Assembly: GCA_020436225.1 (NCBI GenBank)
Contig: JAGQYE010000007.1
Coordinates: 24,385-88,384 of the forward strand
Direction: 5' to 3'
DNA length: 64,000 bases
DNA from: Bacteroidota bacterium
GTDB taxonomy: Bacteria > Bacteroidota > Bacteroidia > Chitinophagales > JADIYW01
A program made the translations under genes and the position numbers. Below are positions 44,864 through 53,855 of this stretch, in pieces (the stretch's first letter is position 1; every line of letters starts with the position of its first letter). The notes beneath the pieces were generated by a model. That model had not been told where the DNA came from. It was given only the letters and a program-made list of their open reading frames with translations, and searched no databases.

Positions 44864-46477
44864 CTAAAAATCAGTGTAACGATTGGTTAAATTAGTACGT
44901 AAACTGATACCAAAAAACACATTATTGGATTTAATGCCATCTGTTTTTTGATATCTATAGTTGATAAATGCTTCAGCAGAAAGATTTATTTTTGGATTAA
45001 TCAAATATCCTCCACGAGCTTCTACATTAATAATGTTTGTTTTGATACCTTGAAGAAAATAATTTCCATAAGCTGTACTTAAATCAGGAGTAATCAAATA
45101 GTCGGAAACAAAGATATTACTGCCTTTATGCTCAAATGCCGGATCTAAACCTTGTACTGCATATTGTAGTTTCGCAGAAGCCGTCCAATGTTTTTTCCAG
45201 AAATTAATAAACGTAACCGATTCCAAGAAATTAGCACCAAGTGGATGCGTTAAAGATTGATTGAAATTAGTATAACTTTGTTCAGGTGCCTTATGTGCAT
45301 AAACAAACGGCCGAACGATATTCAACTCCGTTTGGAAGTCGAGATGTTTGACTTTAAAAATATCATATCCTTTGTAGCCAAATTGTGCTGCGATTTTTGT
45401 TCGATAAAATCCTTTTCCACGTCTGGCTGCACTTACATCCATATCATCCAACATCAACTGAGTATAAAAAATTTGTTTTGGAGATGCTTTAAATTTCATT
45501 CCAATTCCTAACACGACGTTATCCGGCGAGCCGAGCGCAAATTCAACCGGTCGAATAAATGCCATCGGAATTAAATAGCTAAATTCAATTCCTCTTTTAC
45601 GAAGTGAGTCGCCTTTGTACCAAGTTACACCTTCAAAAAATGAAAATTGCATCCACTTGGCTACATCAACAGAAATTAAATGAAAAGTGGAATATTTTGT
45701 TCTAAATTTCGATGGGTCATTTCCAACATTAAAACCATCAACAGGTGCATAACGCATTATATTGTACAAGCATGTATATTTAATACGCCAAAAATTGGCT
45801 GTGAGCTTTATATATGGCGTATTTGAAGCATTATCACTCAAAAAAAGCGAGCGATAACCATCGCCGAAAAATTGCTTATCATTACCAATTTGAAAATTGA
45901 AATATTTATTAGGTGAATACGACAAATAACCTGAAAATAATTGAGAATTAATTCTATTATTTTTAAATGTTGCTTTTCGATAACCTGTTAAAACTCCATA
46001 TTTTGTTGCATAATCACTGACTTGTTGCAAGTAATCTTCCGTTACACCTTGATAGGTAAACGACAACGATACTTTCTTCCCTAAGTTGGCATCAAATCGC
46101 GCACCATAGCCAACAGTATAACGCATTTTTTTGCTGTTGATATCATATCCAAACTGAATATCGAGCAATGGATTTACAGCAAAATAAAATTTTCTTTGCT
46201 TGGAAAATGCTGCGAGCATGTCTCCTTTCAATAATCCGAACTTAAATCCTTTCTTAGAAGAATCAGTGTCGAACCCGAGTTCTTGCATAGCAGAATCGCT
46301 AATAGCGTTTTGCACTTCTGCCATATTATATGGTTTCGATGCCGTAATAAAATGTGCATCGGTTTCCAAAAATCTTTCTAATCTGTTTTGCATTTCATAA
46401 TTCAACGGAAAGTTGAGTTGCTGTGCAAAAGAGGAAAAAAACAAAAAGCTGAATAGTATCGTAAAAACTTTTCTCAT
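44864..46477 (-). CDS. Outer-membrane beta-barrel protein (possibly Wzi/capsule-assembly-like)
   Basis: 537 aa with a signal peptide (FFSSFAQQ), alternating-hydrophobic beta-strand character and a C-terminal aromatic residue (YTDF). The family assignment is uncertain. Confidence 0.5.
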   Translation of the reverse strand: MRKVFTILFSFLFFSSFAQQLNFPLNYEMQNRLERFLETDAHFITASKPYNMAEVQNAISDSAMQELGFDTDSSKKGFKFGLLKGDMLAAFSKQRKFYFAVNPLLDIQFGYDINSKKMRYTVGYGARFDANLGKKVSLSFTYQGVTEDYLQQVSDYATKYGVLTGYRKATFKNNRINSQLFSGYLSYSPNKYFNFQIGNDKQFFGDGYRSLFLSDNASNTPYIKLTANFWRIKYTCLYNIMRYAPVDGFNVGNDPSKFRTKYSTFHLISVDVAKWMQFSFFEGVTWYKGDSLRKRGIEFSYLIPMAFIRPVEFALGSPDNVVLGIGMKFKASPKQIFYTQLMLDDMDVSAARRGKGFYRTKIAAQFGYKGYDIFKVKHLDFQTELNIVRPFVYAHKAPEQSYTNFNQSLTHPLGANFLESVTFINFWKKHWTASAKLQYAVQGLDPAFEHKGSNIFVSDYLITPDLSTAYGNYFLQGIKTNIINVEARGGYLINPKINLSAEAFINYRYQKTDGIKSNNVFFGISLRTNLTNRYTDF

Positions 46478-46568
46478 GTTGAAATGTTTGCTAAAATAAT
46501 TGTTTAATTTTTAATAAAATAGATATTACTCAAAAACTTAGTAGCAAAACTTATTTTCAACAAAAAAA

Positions 46569-47024
46569 ATGAACTTTAGAAATATCACTCGATTAATTCG
46601 ATTTTATCCAACTTATGTAGGTGCCGGCATTTCTGTCAAATCTTTTAATGATGATTTTACGCAAGTTACGGTGCAAATGAAAATGCATTGGTATAACCGA
46701 AATGCTGTCGGAACACACTTTGGCGGCTCATTATATAGCATGTGCGACCCATTTTATATGTTTATTTTGATGGAACATTTGGGAAGAGATTATATTGTTT
46801 GGGATAAATCGGCAAGCATTGATTTTGTAAAAGCAGAAAAAGGAACGGTTTATGCAACTTTTGAGATTCCTTTTGAAAGAATTGATGAAATTAAAGCTGA
46901 TGCCGACAAAAAAGGAAAAGGGCTTTATACGTTTAATACTAACATTGTAAATGAACATGGTGAAATTGTAGCAAACGTGGAGAAAGTCGTTTATGTTCGT
47001 TCCAAAAAAATCAAATCAAGTTAA
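46569..47024 (+). CDS. Hotdog-fold protein (DUF4442/YiiD C-terminal-like)
   Basis: 151 aa. The sequence resembles the DUF4442 thioesterase-like family (GTHFGGSLYSMCDP). Confidence 0.5.
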   Translation: MNFRNITRLIRFYPTYVGAGISVKSFNDDFTQVTVQMKMHWYNRNAVGTHFGGSLYSMCDPFYMFILMEHLGRDYIVWDKSASIDFVKAEKGTVYATFEIPFERIDEIKADADKKGKGLYTFNTNIVNEHGEIVANVEKVVYVRSKKIKSS

Positions 47025-47032
47025 TTTTCCTT

Positions 47033-47929
47033 CTAAAATTTCAAGCGTTTTCGGAAACTCTTATTATTTAATAAAGCATGAATAAAAACTGCCGACAAAA
47101 TTATGAGTGTTCCGATATAAAAGTTGCTGTTTAATTCTTTGTTTTCACCTAATAAAATTGCTGCTAAAATAATTCCATAAATAGGTTCAAGGTTGTTGAT
47201 TAATGCCGTTGTAAAAGCATCGCTGGCTTTGAGTGCGTGCAAGAACAAATTAAATGGAATTGCCGTACAGAAAACAGATAAAATAATCAAGTAAATTAAA
47301 TCTATTTTATTTGGAAAAATAAACGAGCTATGATTAAACTTAATGATAAAAGGCAAACAAATAGTTAGAAATAAACTAGAGCAAACCATTTGTACCAACA
47401 TAATTTCATTCGGTGGAATATCTTGTGTGTATTTTTTGTTTAAAATGCCATAAAACGCAGCCAATAACGCAGCAAAAATGCCGACCAAGAATCCCTTCTT
47501 ATAGTTTAAATCCAGCGATTGATTGATAAACAAAATGCCGGGAATGACCATCAATCCAATTAAAATATTAGAAAGTTGAAATGTTGACTTGTCAAACAAT
47601 GGCTCTAAAACGGCAATAAACAAACTCACACAAGCAATACAACTTACTGCTACTGATGCATTCGATAATTTTATTGAACCATACCAAGCTACCCAATGCA
47701 AACACAACAATATGCCGATTCCACCTACAAGCAAAATAGATTTTATAGATAATTGCCGAATGCTTTTTATAATTCCCGGCATAAACAACAAACTAATACT
47801 TACCAACACCACTCGATACCAAACTAACGTAAAACTATCCATAGAAATCAACCTTCCTAAAATGGCAGTTAATCCCCAAAGTATGGTGGCGATGTTCATT
47901 TGCCAATATGCCTTTTTTAAATTGTCCAT
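47033..47929 (-). CDS. EamA/DMT-family transporter
   Basis: 298 aa with about 10 TM helices in two repeated halves. Confidence 0.8.
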   Translation of the reverse strand: MDNLKKAYWQMNIATILWGLTAILGRLISMDSFTLVWYRVVLVSISLLFMPGIIKSIRQLSIKSILLVGGIGILLCLHWVAWYGSIKLSNASVAVSCIACVSLFIAVLEPLFDKSTFQLSNILIGLMVIPGILFINQSLDLNYKKGFLVGIFAALLAAFYGILNKKYTQDIPPNEIMLVQMVCSSLFLTICLPFIIKFNHSSFIFPNKIDLIYLIILSVFCTAIPFNLFLHALKASDAFTTALINNLEPIYGIILAAILLGENKELNSNFYIGTLIILSAVFIHALLNNKSFRKRLKF

Positions 47930-47937
47930 TGCCGATG

Positions 47938-47945
47938 CAAAAATA
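47938..47945 (-). promoter_or_regulatory. Candidate -7 box (TATTTTTG) for the EamA gene
   Basis: Exact TAnnTTTG match on the minus strand, 8 nt upstream of the ATG at 47929. Confidence 0.4.
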
Positions 47946-48022
47946 TGGAAAGAATAGGATTCTTTTTTATAGATTTATTTTTATCAAAATATGTTTAACT
48001 TTAAAGAACAAAAAAATGACTT

Positions 48023-48367
48023 ATGGAAAAGAAATATAAAACGTTTTGGAGTTTTTACCCATATTACTTAACAGAACACAGCAACCCTACTTGTCGTACG
48101 CTTCATTATATAGGCACAACAGGCTTGTTGGCTGTTGTTGCTTGTGCAATTTTCTTTCAAAATGCAAAAATTCTATTCCTTCTGCCTGTAGTTGGATATG
48201 GTTTTGCTTGGTTTGGTCATTTTATCTTTGAAAAAAATAAACCGGCAACATTTCAATATCCACTTTATAGTTTAGGTTCCGATTTTGTGATGTATTATCA
48301 TTTTTTGACCGGACAAGTCAACAAAAAAGTTGAAGAAGCCTTAAAAACCATTACACCTTCAACATAA
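48023..48367 (+). CDS. DUF962 (Mpo1-like) membrane protein
   Basis: 114 aa with FWSFYPYYLTEHSNPTCRTLHYIGT and two TM segments typical of DUF962. Confidence 0.7.
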   Translation: MEKKYKTFWSFYPYYLTEHSNPTCRTLHYIGTTGLLAVVACAIFFQNAKILFLLPVVGYGFAWFGHFIFEKNKPATFQYPLYSLGSDFVMYYHFLTGQVNKKVEEALKTITPST

Positions 48368-48378
48368 TTTTATTTATA

Positions 48379-48432
48379 GGCAGAGTTCTTTACACTCTGT
48401 TAGAGTCCTTGACTCTAACAGAGTGTAAAAAT
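48379..48432. repeat. Solo multi-arm palindrome with the same CAGAGT/GACTCT core as the 24-kb array
   Basis: Has a perfect 17-bp stem, TACACTCTGTTAGAGTC (48391-48407) / GACTCTAACAGAGTGTA (48411-48427), with a 3-nt loop. An upstream CAGAGT (48381-48386) can compete for ACTCTG (48394-48399). It is followed by A5. Confidence 0.8.
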
Positions 48433-48506
48433 CAAGTTATATTAAAATATTAACAATTTAAGCAAGTTTAACATTTTGCGACTATATGTCGTTGTAATTT
48501 TAGTTT

Positions 48507-49997
48507 GTGAATAAGAATCTCATCTTTTTTACTTCTATATTATTGTTCCTCGGATTATTCGGAATCGGAGTAGTACAACTTTTTTGGTTAAAAGGCGCCA
48601 TTAAATCGAGAGAACACGATTTTGACAAAGCTGTATATGAAGCTATGGGCGATATGTCCAGAAAAATTGAAGATTTATCGTACAAGCCAATTGTAACGAA
48701 GATGATGCAATCTCAAAAAATTTACACCAATGAAAAAGGTGAAATTATAGTGGAAATGTCGGGCAACAGCAACCCAGAAGAAGATTATAATTCTTACAAA
48801 CAACAAGAAGAACGCCCCAAACCACATCATCATCCTTTTTCCTATTCAGAAGGTAGCCCAATGTTTTCAAAGCCTGAAACAGATAACAGCTATCCAACAG
48901 AAGTAGATAATTTACAAGAATTTATGTATCAGCAAATGACCAGCTTGCAACCTATTGCAGAATTATTGGATACATCAAAACTAAATTTAATAATTCAAGA
49001 TGCATTGAGTATGCATGGCATCAAAACAAAATTTAGCTATGGAATAACTGAATATACTTCTAATAACTTTGTGTTGTTATCTAAAAATGCACCTCTTACA
49101 AACCTTTATGAAACACCATATGCAGTTGGGCTTTTTCGAAGAAGTATGTTTGACAACAATAAAACTTTAAAACTATTCTTGCCAGATAAAAAGAAATATC
49201 TATACAGCTCAATTTCACCGATGATAATTTCATCAACCTTATTTTTCTTAATGGTTGTTGGTGCGTTTATTCTTTCCTTCAAGATTATTTTTCGCCAGAA
49301 GAAATTGTCGGATATGAAAACGGATTTCATCAACAATATGACGCACGAACTCAAAACACCAATTGCAACAATATCTATTGCAAGCGAAATGTTGAAGGAT
49401 AATTCAATTTCCGAATCCAAAGAAAATAGAGCAAAATATGCCGGCATTATCTTCGATGAAAATAAGCGATTATATAACCATGTAGAGCAAGTTTTGCAAA
49501 TCGCACGATTGGAAAAAGGTGAATTACAACTCAACTTGGAAGACCGCGATATGCATGAAATAATCCAAGCATCATGTAAGCGTTTTAATTTAATTTTAGA
49601 AGAACTTAATGGAAAAATTGAGCTCAACTTAAATGCTACAGAAAGTATTTTTAAAGTTGACGAAATGCATTTCACGGCAGCCATCAACAATTTGATTGAC
49701 AATGCTATAAAATATAACGATAAAGTACCATTAATAAAAATTAACACTTTTGATATCATCACAGGCATACAAATTGAAGTCATTGATAATGGCGTTGGAC
49801 TATCAAAAGAAAACCAACAAAAAATATTTGAAAAATTTTATCGAGTGAGCAAAGGAAATGTACACGATACCAAAGGTTTTGGCTTAGGATTAAGTTATGT
49901 ACAATCAATTATTGAACAACATAATGGAAAAATTTGGGTAGAAAGTAAACTCAAAGAAGGTTCTAAATTTATTATTCAACTTCCAAAAAATATTTAA
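48507..49997 (+). CDS. Sensor histidine kinase
   Basis: 496 aa with two TM segments, an H-box FINNMTHELKTP, an N-box NLIDNAIKY, and G-boxes DNGVGL and GFGLGLS. The apparent start is GTG. Confidence 0.9.
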   Translation: MNKNLIFFTSILLFLGLFGIGVVQLFWLKGAIKSREHDFDKAVYEAMGDMSRKIEDLSYKPIVTKMMQSQKIYTNEKGEIIVEMSGNSNPEEDYNSYKQQEERPKPHHHPFSYSEGSPMFSKPETDNSYPTEVDNLQEFMYQQMTSLQPIAELLDTSKLNLIIQDALSMHGIKTKFSYGITEYTSNNFVLLSKNAPLTNLYETPYAVGLFRRSMFDNNKTLKLFLPDKKKYLYSSISPMIISSTLFFLMVVGAFILSFKIIFRQKKLSDMKTDFINNMTHELKTPIATISIASEMLKDNSISESKENRAKYAGIIFDENKRLYNHVEQVLQIARLEKGELQLNLEDRDMHEIIQASCKRFNLILEELNGKIELNLNATESIFKVDEMHFTAAINNLIDNAIKYNDKVPLIKINTFDIITGIQIEVIDNGVGLSKENQQKIFEKFYRVSKGNVHDTKGFGLGLSYVQSIIEQHNGKIWVESKLKEGSKFIIQLPKNI

Positions 49998-50018
49998 TCA
50001 TTATAAAAAAATTTCACT

Positions 50019-50726
50019 ATGGACAACGTAATTAAAAAGAAGGTTTTATTAGTAGAAGACGATCCAAATTTAGGTATGCTTTTACAAGAATATCTCAAAC
50101 ATAAAAACTTTGAAGTAGAACTAAAACGCGATGGTGTAGAAGGTTTATTCGCCTTCAGAAAATCAAAATACGACATTATTTTATTAGATGTGATGATGCC
50201 GAAAAAAGATGGTTTCACCGTTGCTGAAGAAATACGAAAAGACGATAATGAAGTGCCGATTATTTTCTTGACAGCAAAATCATTGAAAGAAGATAAAATT
50301 AAAGGGCTGACTATTGGAGCAGACGACTACATCACCAAGCCATTCAGCATGGAAATTCTAGAATTGAAGATGAATGCCATTTTGCGTAGAACCGAAAAAC
50401 ACGAAGTGCAAGCTGCTTTAGACGAATACAAAGCCGGAGAATGTGTATTGGATTACAAAAACCACAAACTTCGTGTAAAAGGCAATGAAATTAAATTGAC
50501 GACAAAAGAAAACGAACTTTTGCGCTTGTTTTTTGAGAAGAAAAATCAGGTTTTAGAACGCGAATTGGCGCTAAAACACGTTTGGCAGGATGATAGTTAT
50601 TTTACCGCTAGAAGTATGGATGTGTTTATCTCCAAAATCAGAAAATATTTGAAAGAAGATGAACATCTCCAAATCCTAAACATACACGGACAAGGATACA
50701 AGTTGGTGGAGAATGAAATGGCTTAA
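50019..50726 (+). CDS. OmpR/PhoB-family response regulator
   Basis: 235 aa with a receiver domain (LLVEDD, LLDVMMP, LTAK) plus a winged-helix DNA-binding domain. Confidence 0.92.
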   Translation: MDNVIKKKVLLVEDDPNLGMLLQEYLKHKNFEVELKRDGVEGLFAFRKSKYDIILLDVMMPKKDGFTVAEEIRKDDNEVPIIFLTAKSLKEDKIKGLTIGADDYITKPFSMEILELKMNAILRRTEKHEVQAALDEYKAGECVLDYKNHKLRVKGNEIKLTTKENELLRLFFEKKNQVLERELALKHVWQDDSYFTARSMDVFISKIRKYLKEDEHLQILNIHGQGYKLVENEMA

Positions 50727-50812
50727 GATGAGTAGAAAATAGTTAGTAGAAAGCATTAAGATGGTGTAATATTCTTAATACTTAATACACTTTACTTAAT
50801 ACTCCAAATAAT

Positions 50813-50820
50813 TATCTTTG
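50813..50820 (+). promoter_or_regulatory. Candidate -7 box (TATCTTTG) for dcd, 4 nt from the ATG
   Basis: Exact TAnnTTTG match. The sequence reads TATCTTTG-cgcc-ATG. Confidence 0.45.
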
Positions 50821-50824
50821 CGCC

Positions 50825-51361
50825 ATGATTTTATCGGACAAGCAGATTTTGCAGGAAATTGAAAATGGCACTATTGTCATTGAGCCTTACCAACGTGAAT
50901 ATTTAGGCACCAACTCGTATGATGTGCATTTGAGTAAACATCTAGCAACTTACACACAAGAAGTGTTAGATGCAAAAATGCACAACACCATTCATCATTT
51001 TGAAATTCCGGAAGAAGGTTTTGTGTTAGAACCAGGCGTTTTATATTTAGGTGCTACTTTGGAATATACCGAAACACATGCGCATGTTCCATTTTTAGAA
51101 GGAAAATCTTCGATGGGAAGATTGGGCATCGACATCCATGCAACGGCAGGCAAAGGCGATGTCGGTTTTTGCAATCATTGGACCTTGGAAATTTCTTGTA
51201 TTCAGCCTGTTCGTATTTATGCCGGCATGCCGGTTGGTCAGCTTATTTATTTTAAAGTAGAAGGCGAAATTGAAAATGCGTACAACAAAAAATCTTCAGC
51301 AAAATATAACCAACGCACGCCCAAACCTATGGAAAGCATGATGTGGAAGAATTTTAAGTAG
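50825..51361 (+). CDS. dcd: dCTP deaminase
   Basis: 178 aa with the typical Dcd N-terminus (MILSDKQI) and a dUTPase-like fold sequence (GKSSMGRLGI). Confidence 0.88.
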   Translation: MILSDKQILQEIENGTIVIEPYQREYLGTNSYDVHLSKHLATYTQEVLDAKMHNTIHHFEIPEEGFVLEPGVLYLGATLEYTETHAHVPFLEGKSSMGRLGIDIHATAGKGDVGFCNHWTLEISCIQPVRIYAGMPVGQLIYFKVEGEIENAYNKKSSAKYNQRTPKPMESMMWKNFK

Positions 51362-51414
51362 TTTAAGGAATTTTTACGCTTAATTAGAACACATCTTAAT
51401 AAATAAATTTTGTA

Positions 51415-51422
51415 TAATTTTG
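51415..51422 (+). promoter_or_regulatory. Candidate -7 box (TAATTTTG) for the desaturase gene, 4 nt from the ATG
   Basis: Exact TAnnTTTG match. The sequence reads TAATTTTG-tagc-ATG. Confidence 0.45.
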
Positions 51423-51426
51423 TAGC

Positions 51427-52491
51427 ATGGAAACAGGCACAAAAGGAAAATTCAGCAAAGAGCAATTGCTCGATGATTTAAGAAATTGGAATAGTATTAT
51501 TAAACAATATCAAGTTCCAAGTACGAAAGAAGCAATCATCCAAATTGCCAATAGTTTTTCATTTTACGTTTTGTTGTTAGCCTTGCAATTTTATTTATAC
51601 GATAAATCATTTTTTTGGTCGGCATTGCTGGCTTTATTAAATGGTTTTATGTTGTCGCGAATTTTCATTATCCAACACGATTGCGGACACAGTTCTTTTA
51701 CCAAATACAAAACCTTAAACGAAATTATTGGAACGGTTTGTAGTGTTTGCACTTTAATTCCTTATAAATATTGGGCGCGCAATCATAGTTTTCATCACGC
51801 ACATAACGGACAATTAGAAGTAAGCGATATCGGCGATATTGAAGTGTTTACTACTGAGCAATATGCAACTGCTAATTGGCGTCAAAAATTATATTATCGC
51901 ATTTATAGAAATCCGTTTTATTTGTTTACAATTGGCGGTTTTATTTATGTTGTTATTTACAATCGTTTTGCATTTGTAAATTCTTCTTATTTCAAAAAAG
52001 TTAAGAAAAATGTAAACATCAGCAATGGACTTTTCATTGCAGTTTATGCACTTTGTGCTTATTTATTTGGCGTTGAACGTTTCTTGGTAGTTCAATTTAC
52101 CAACTTATTTTTCTTCGGCATTTATGCACTTTGGTTTTTCTATATCCAACATCAATACGAACATATTTTTAAAGCAAAAAAAGATGAATGGAATTACGTA
52201 GTGGCTGCTATAAAAGGAAGTACATATTACAAATTACCCAGAATTTTTCATTGGCTTTCCGGCAATATCGGCTATCATCATATACATCATTTAAGTCCGG
52301 CAATTCCGAATTATAATTTAAGAAAATGCCATAACGAAAATCCAGTTTTCCTAAAACATACGAACACGATTACTTTTTGGCAAAGTTTAAAAACCTTGCG
52401 TTCAAATCTTTGGGACGAAAAAAATCAAAAAATGATTTCATTTGGTGAATTTAAAAGAATGAGAAAAGTTGCGAAAGCAAACAAATCATAA
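51427..52491 (+). CDS. Membrane fatty acid desaturase
   Basis: 354 aa with three histidine boxes (HDCGH, HSFHH, HHIHH) and TM segments. Confidence 0.9.
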   Translation: METGTKGKFSKEQLLDDLRNWNSIIKQYQVPSTKEAIIQIANSFSFYVLLLALQFYLYDKSFFWSALLALLNGFMLSRIFIIQHDCGHSSFTKYKTLNEIIGTVCSVCTLIPYKYWARNHSFHHAHNGQLEVSDIGDIEVFTTEQYATANWRQKLYYRIYRNPFYLFTIGGFIYVVIYNRFAFVNSSYFKKVKKNVNISNGLFIAVYALCAYLFGVERFLVVQFTNLFFFGIYALWFFYIQHQYEHIFKAKKDEWNYVVAAIKGSTYYKLPRIFHWLSGNIGYHHIHHLSPAIPNYNLRKCHNENPVFLKHTNTITFWQSLKTLRSNLWDEKNQKMISFGEFKRMRKVAKANKS

Positions 52492-53841
52492 TTATTCTTT
52501 GTCATCTTTCTTTTTGTCTTCTTTTTGAAGCGTTGCTTTATCAACTTTATTAATGGCAACACCATCTTTTAAATCTTTGGAGATAGTATTATACGGACCA
52601 ATAATTACATCATCATTCTTTTGTAACCCATTCGTAATTTCGATGTAATAATCATCTTGAATGCCAATCTTCACTTCTTTTTGTTGCGCTTTTCCGTTCT
52701 TATTGACATACACAATTTCTGATGAATGATTGGTGCCGTTATACATAGTATCTTTCGTTGTTACAGCTTGAATCGGTACAGCCAAAACACCTTGTTTTTT
52801 CTTAGTGCTGATTTCTACAGTTGCTGACATTCCGGGCAAAAATGGCTTTGGATTTTCTTGCAATAAATCAGCATAAGAAGACTCTAACAATCTGATTTTA
52901 ACCACAAAATTGGTGGATTGGTCGGCACTCACCAACGCATTGGCTGCTCCTTTTGATGTATTGGCAACTTCCGTTACGATGCCTACAAATTTTCTATCCA
53001 AATAAGCATCTACTTCTACAGAAGCTGTATCTCCCAATTTCACCTTAGTAATTTCACCTTCACTCACATCCACGCGCACTTCCATATAATTAAAATTGGC
53101 AATGCGCATCATTTCTGTTCCGGTCATTTGTAATGTTCCAACCACCTTCTCACCTATCTTCACATTCAACAAAGAAATAATGCCATCCATCGGTGCATAA
53201 ATTGTTGTTTTATCTAAATTCAAAACAGCTTCTCTTATCGTTGCCTCCATAGATTTAATATTATAAGAAGCAGCATCTGCAGTATGTTTCGCAGCTTCTA
53301 TGTCGGCTTTGGCACTATTTACGTTGGCTTGTGCCGTTTTATAAGCTGATTCAGCACTTTCCAAGTCGGCTTTTGAAACTATTTTTTTATCAAATAAATT
53401 CTTTGCGCGAGTGTATGCTTGTTCTGCTGCATCTGCTTGTGCATTAGTTTGAGCCAACATTGCATTAGATTGAACGATGCGAGCTTTCGCAGTTGAAAGT
53501 TGGGCTTTGGTATTATCCAATTGGGCTTTGTATTGCTCTACAATTGCTTGATAACTTTCCGGCTTGATGCGTGCCAACAACTGTCCTTTTTTTACTACAT
53601 CACCTTCTTTTACGTTTAATGCAATTATTTCACCAGAAACATCAGAACTGATTTTAACTTCTTCTTCCGGATAAATTTTTCCGCTTGCCGTAACAGTTTG
53701 TGTGATATTTCGAACTGAAACCATTTGCGTTTCCACATCAAATTTCTTGTTTGCACTTCTATTTTTTGAAATATAAAAGGCAACACCAATTGCGATGACA
53801 GTTACCAATCCGAGAATATATAGTAGCTTATTATCTTTCAT
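52492..53841 (-). CDS. Efflux periplasmic adaptor (HlyD/MacA-like membrane fusion protein)
   Basis: 449 aa with an N-terminal TM, a lipoyl-like domain, a long alanine-rich coiled-coil hairpin and beta-barrel domains. Confidence 0.88.
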   Translation of the reverse strand: MKDNKLLYILGLVTVIAIGVAFYISKNRSANKKFDVETQMVSVRNITQTVTASGKIYPEEEVKISSDVSGEIIALNVKEGDVVKKGQLLARIKPESYQAIVEQYKAQLDNTKAQLSTAKARIVQSNAMLAQTNAQADAAEQAYTRAKNLFDKKIVSKADLESAESAYKTAQANVNSAKADIEAAKHTADAASYNIKSMEATIREAVLNLDKTTIYAPMDGIISLLNVKIGEKVVGTLQMTGTEMMRIANFNYMEVRVDVSEGEITKVKLGDTASVEVDAYLDRKFVGIVTEVANTSKGAANALVSADQSTNFVVKIRLLESSYADLLQENPKPFLPGMSATVEISTKKKQGVLAVPIQAVTTKDTMYNGTNHSSEIVYVNKNGKAQQKEVKIGIQDDYYIEITNGLQKNDDVIIGPYNTISKDLKDGVAINKVDKATLQKEDKKKDDKE

Positions 53842-53855
53842 TTTATTTCTTTTAA

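Noticed and set aside
49106-49783. 225-aa ORF antisense to the histidine kinase gene
   Set aside because: It is a shadow ORF in AT-rich DNA with low-complexity I/L/S/K/F-rich composition and no motifs, while the opposite strand carries a complete kinase with all signature boxes. The same reasoning applies to the other antisense or alternate-frame ORFs in the track (e.g. 310-513, 938-1162, 7577-7888, 9309-9695, 14104-14337, 15907-16206, 16810-17094, 18383-18739, 20039-20389, 25735-26073, 31312-31623, 47589-47957, 60793-61131, 63115-63417).
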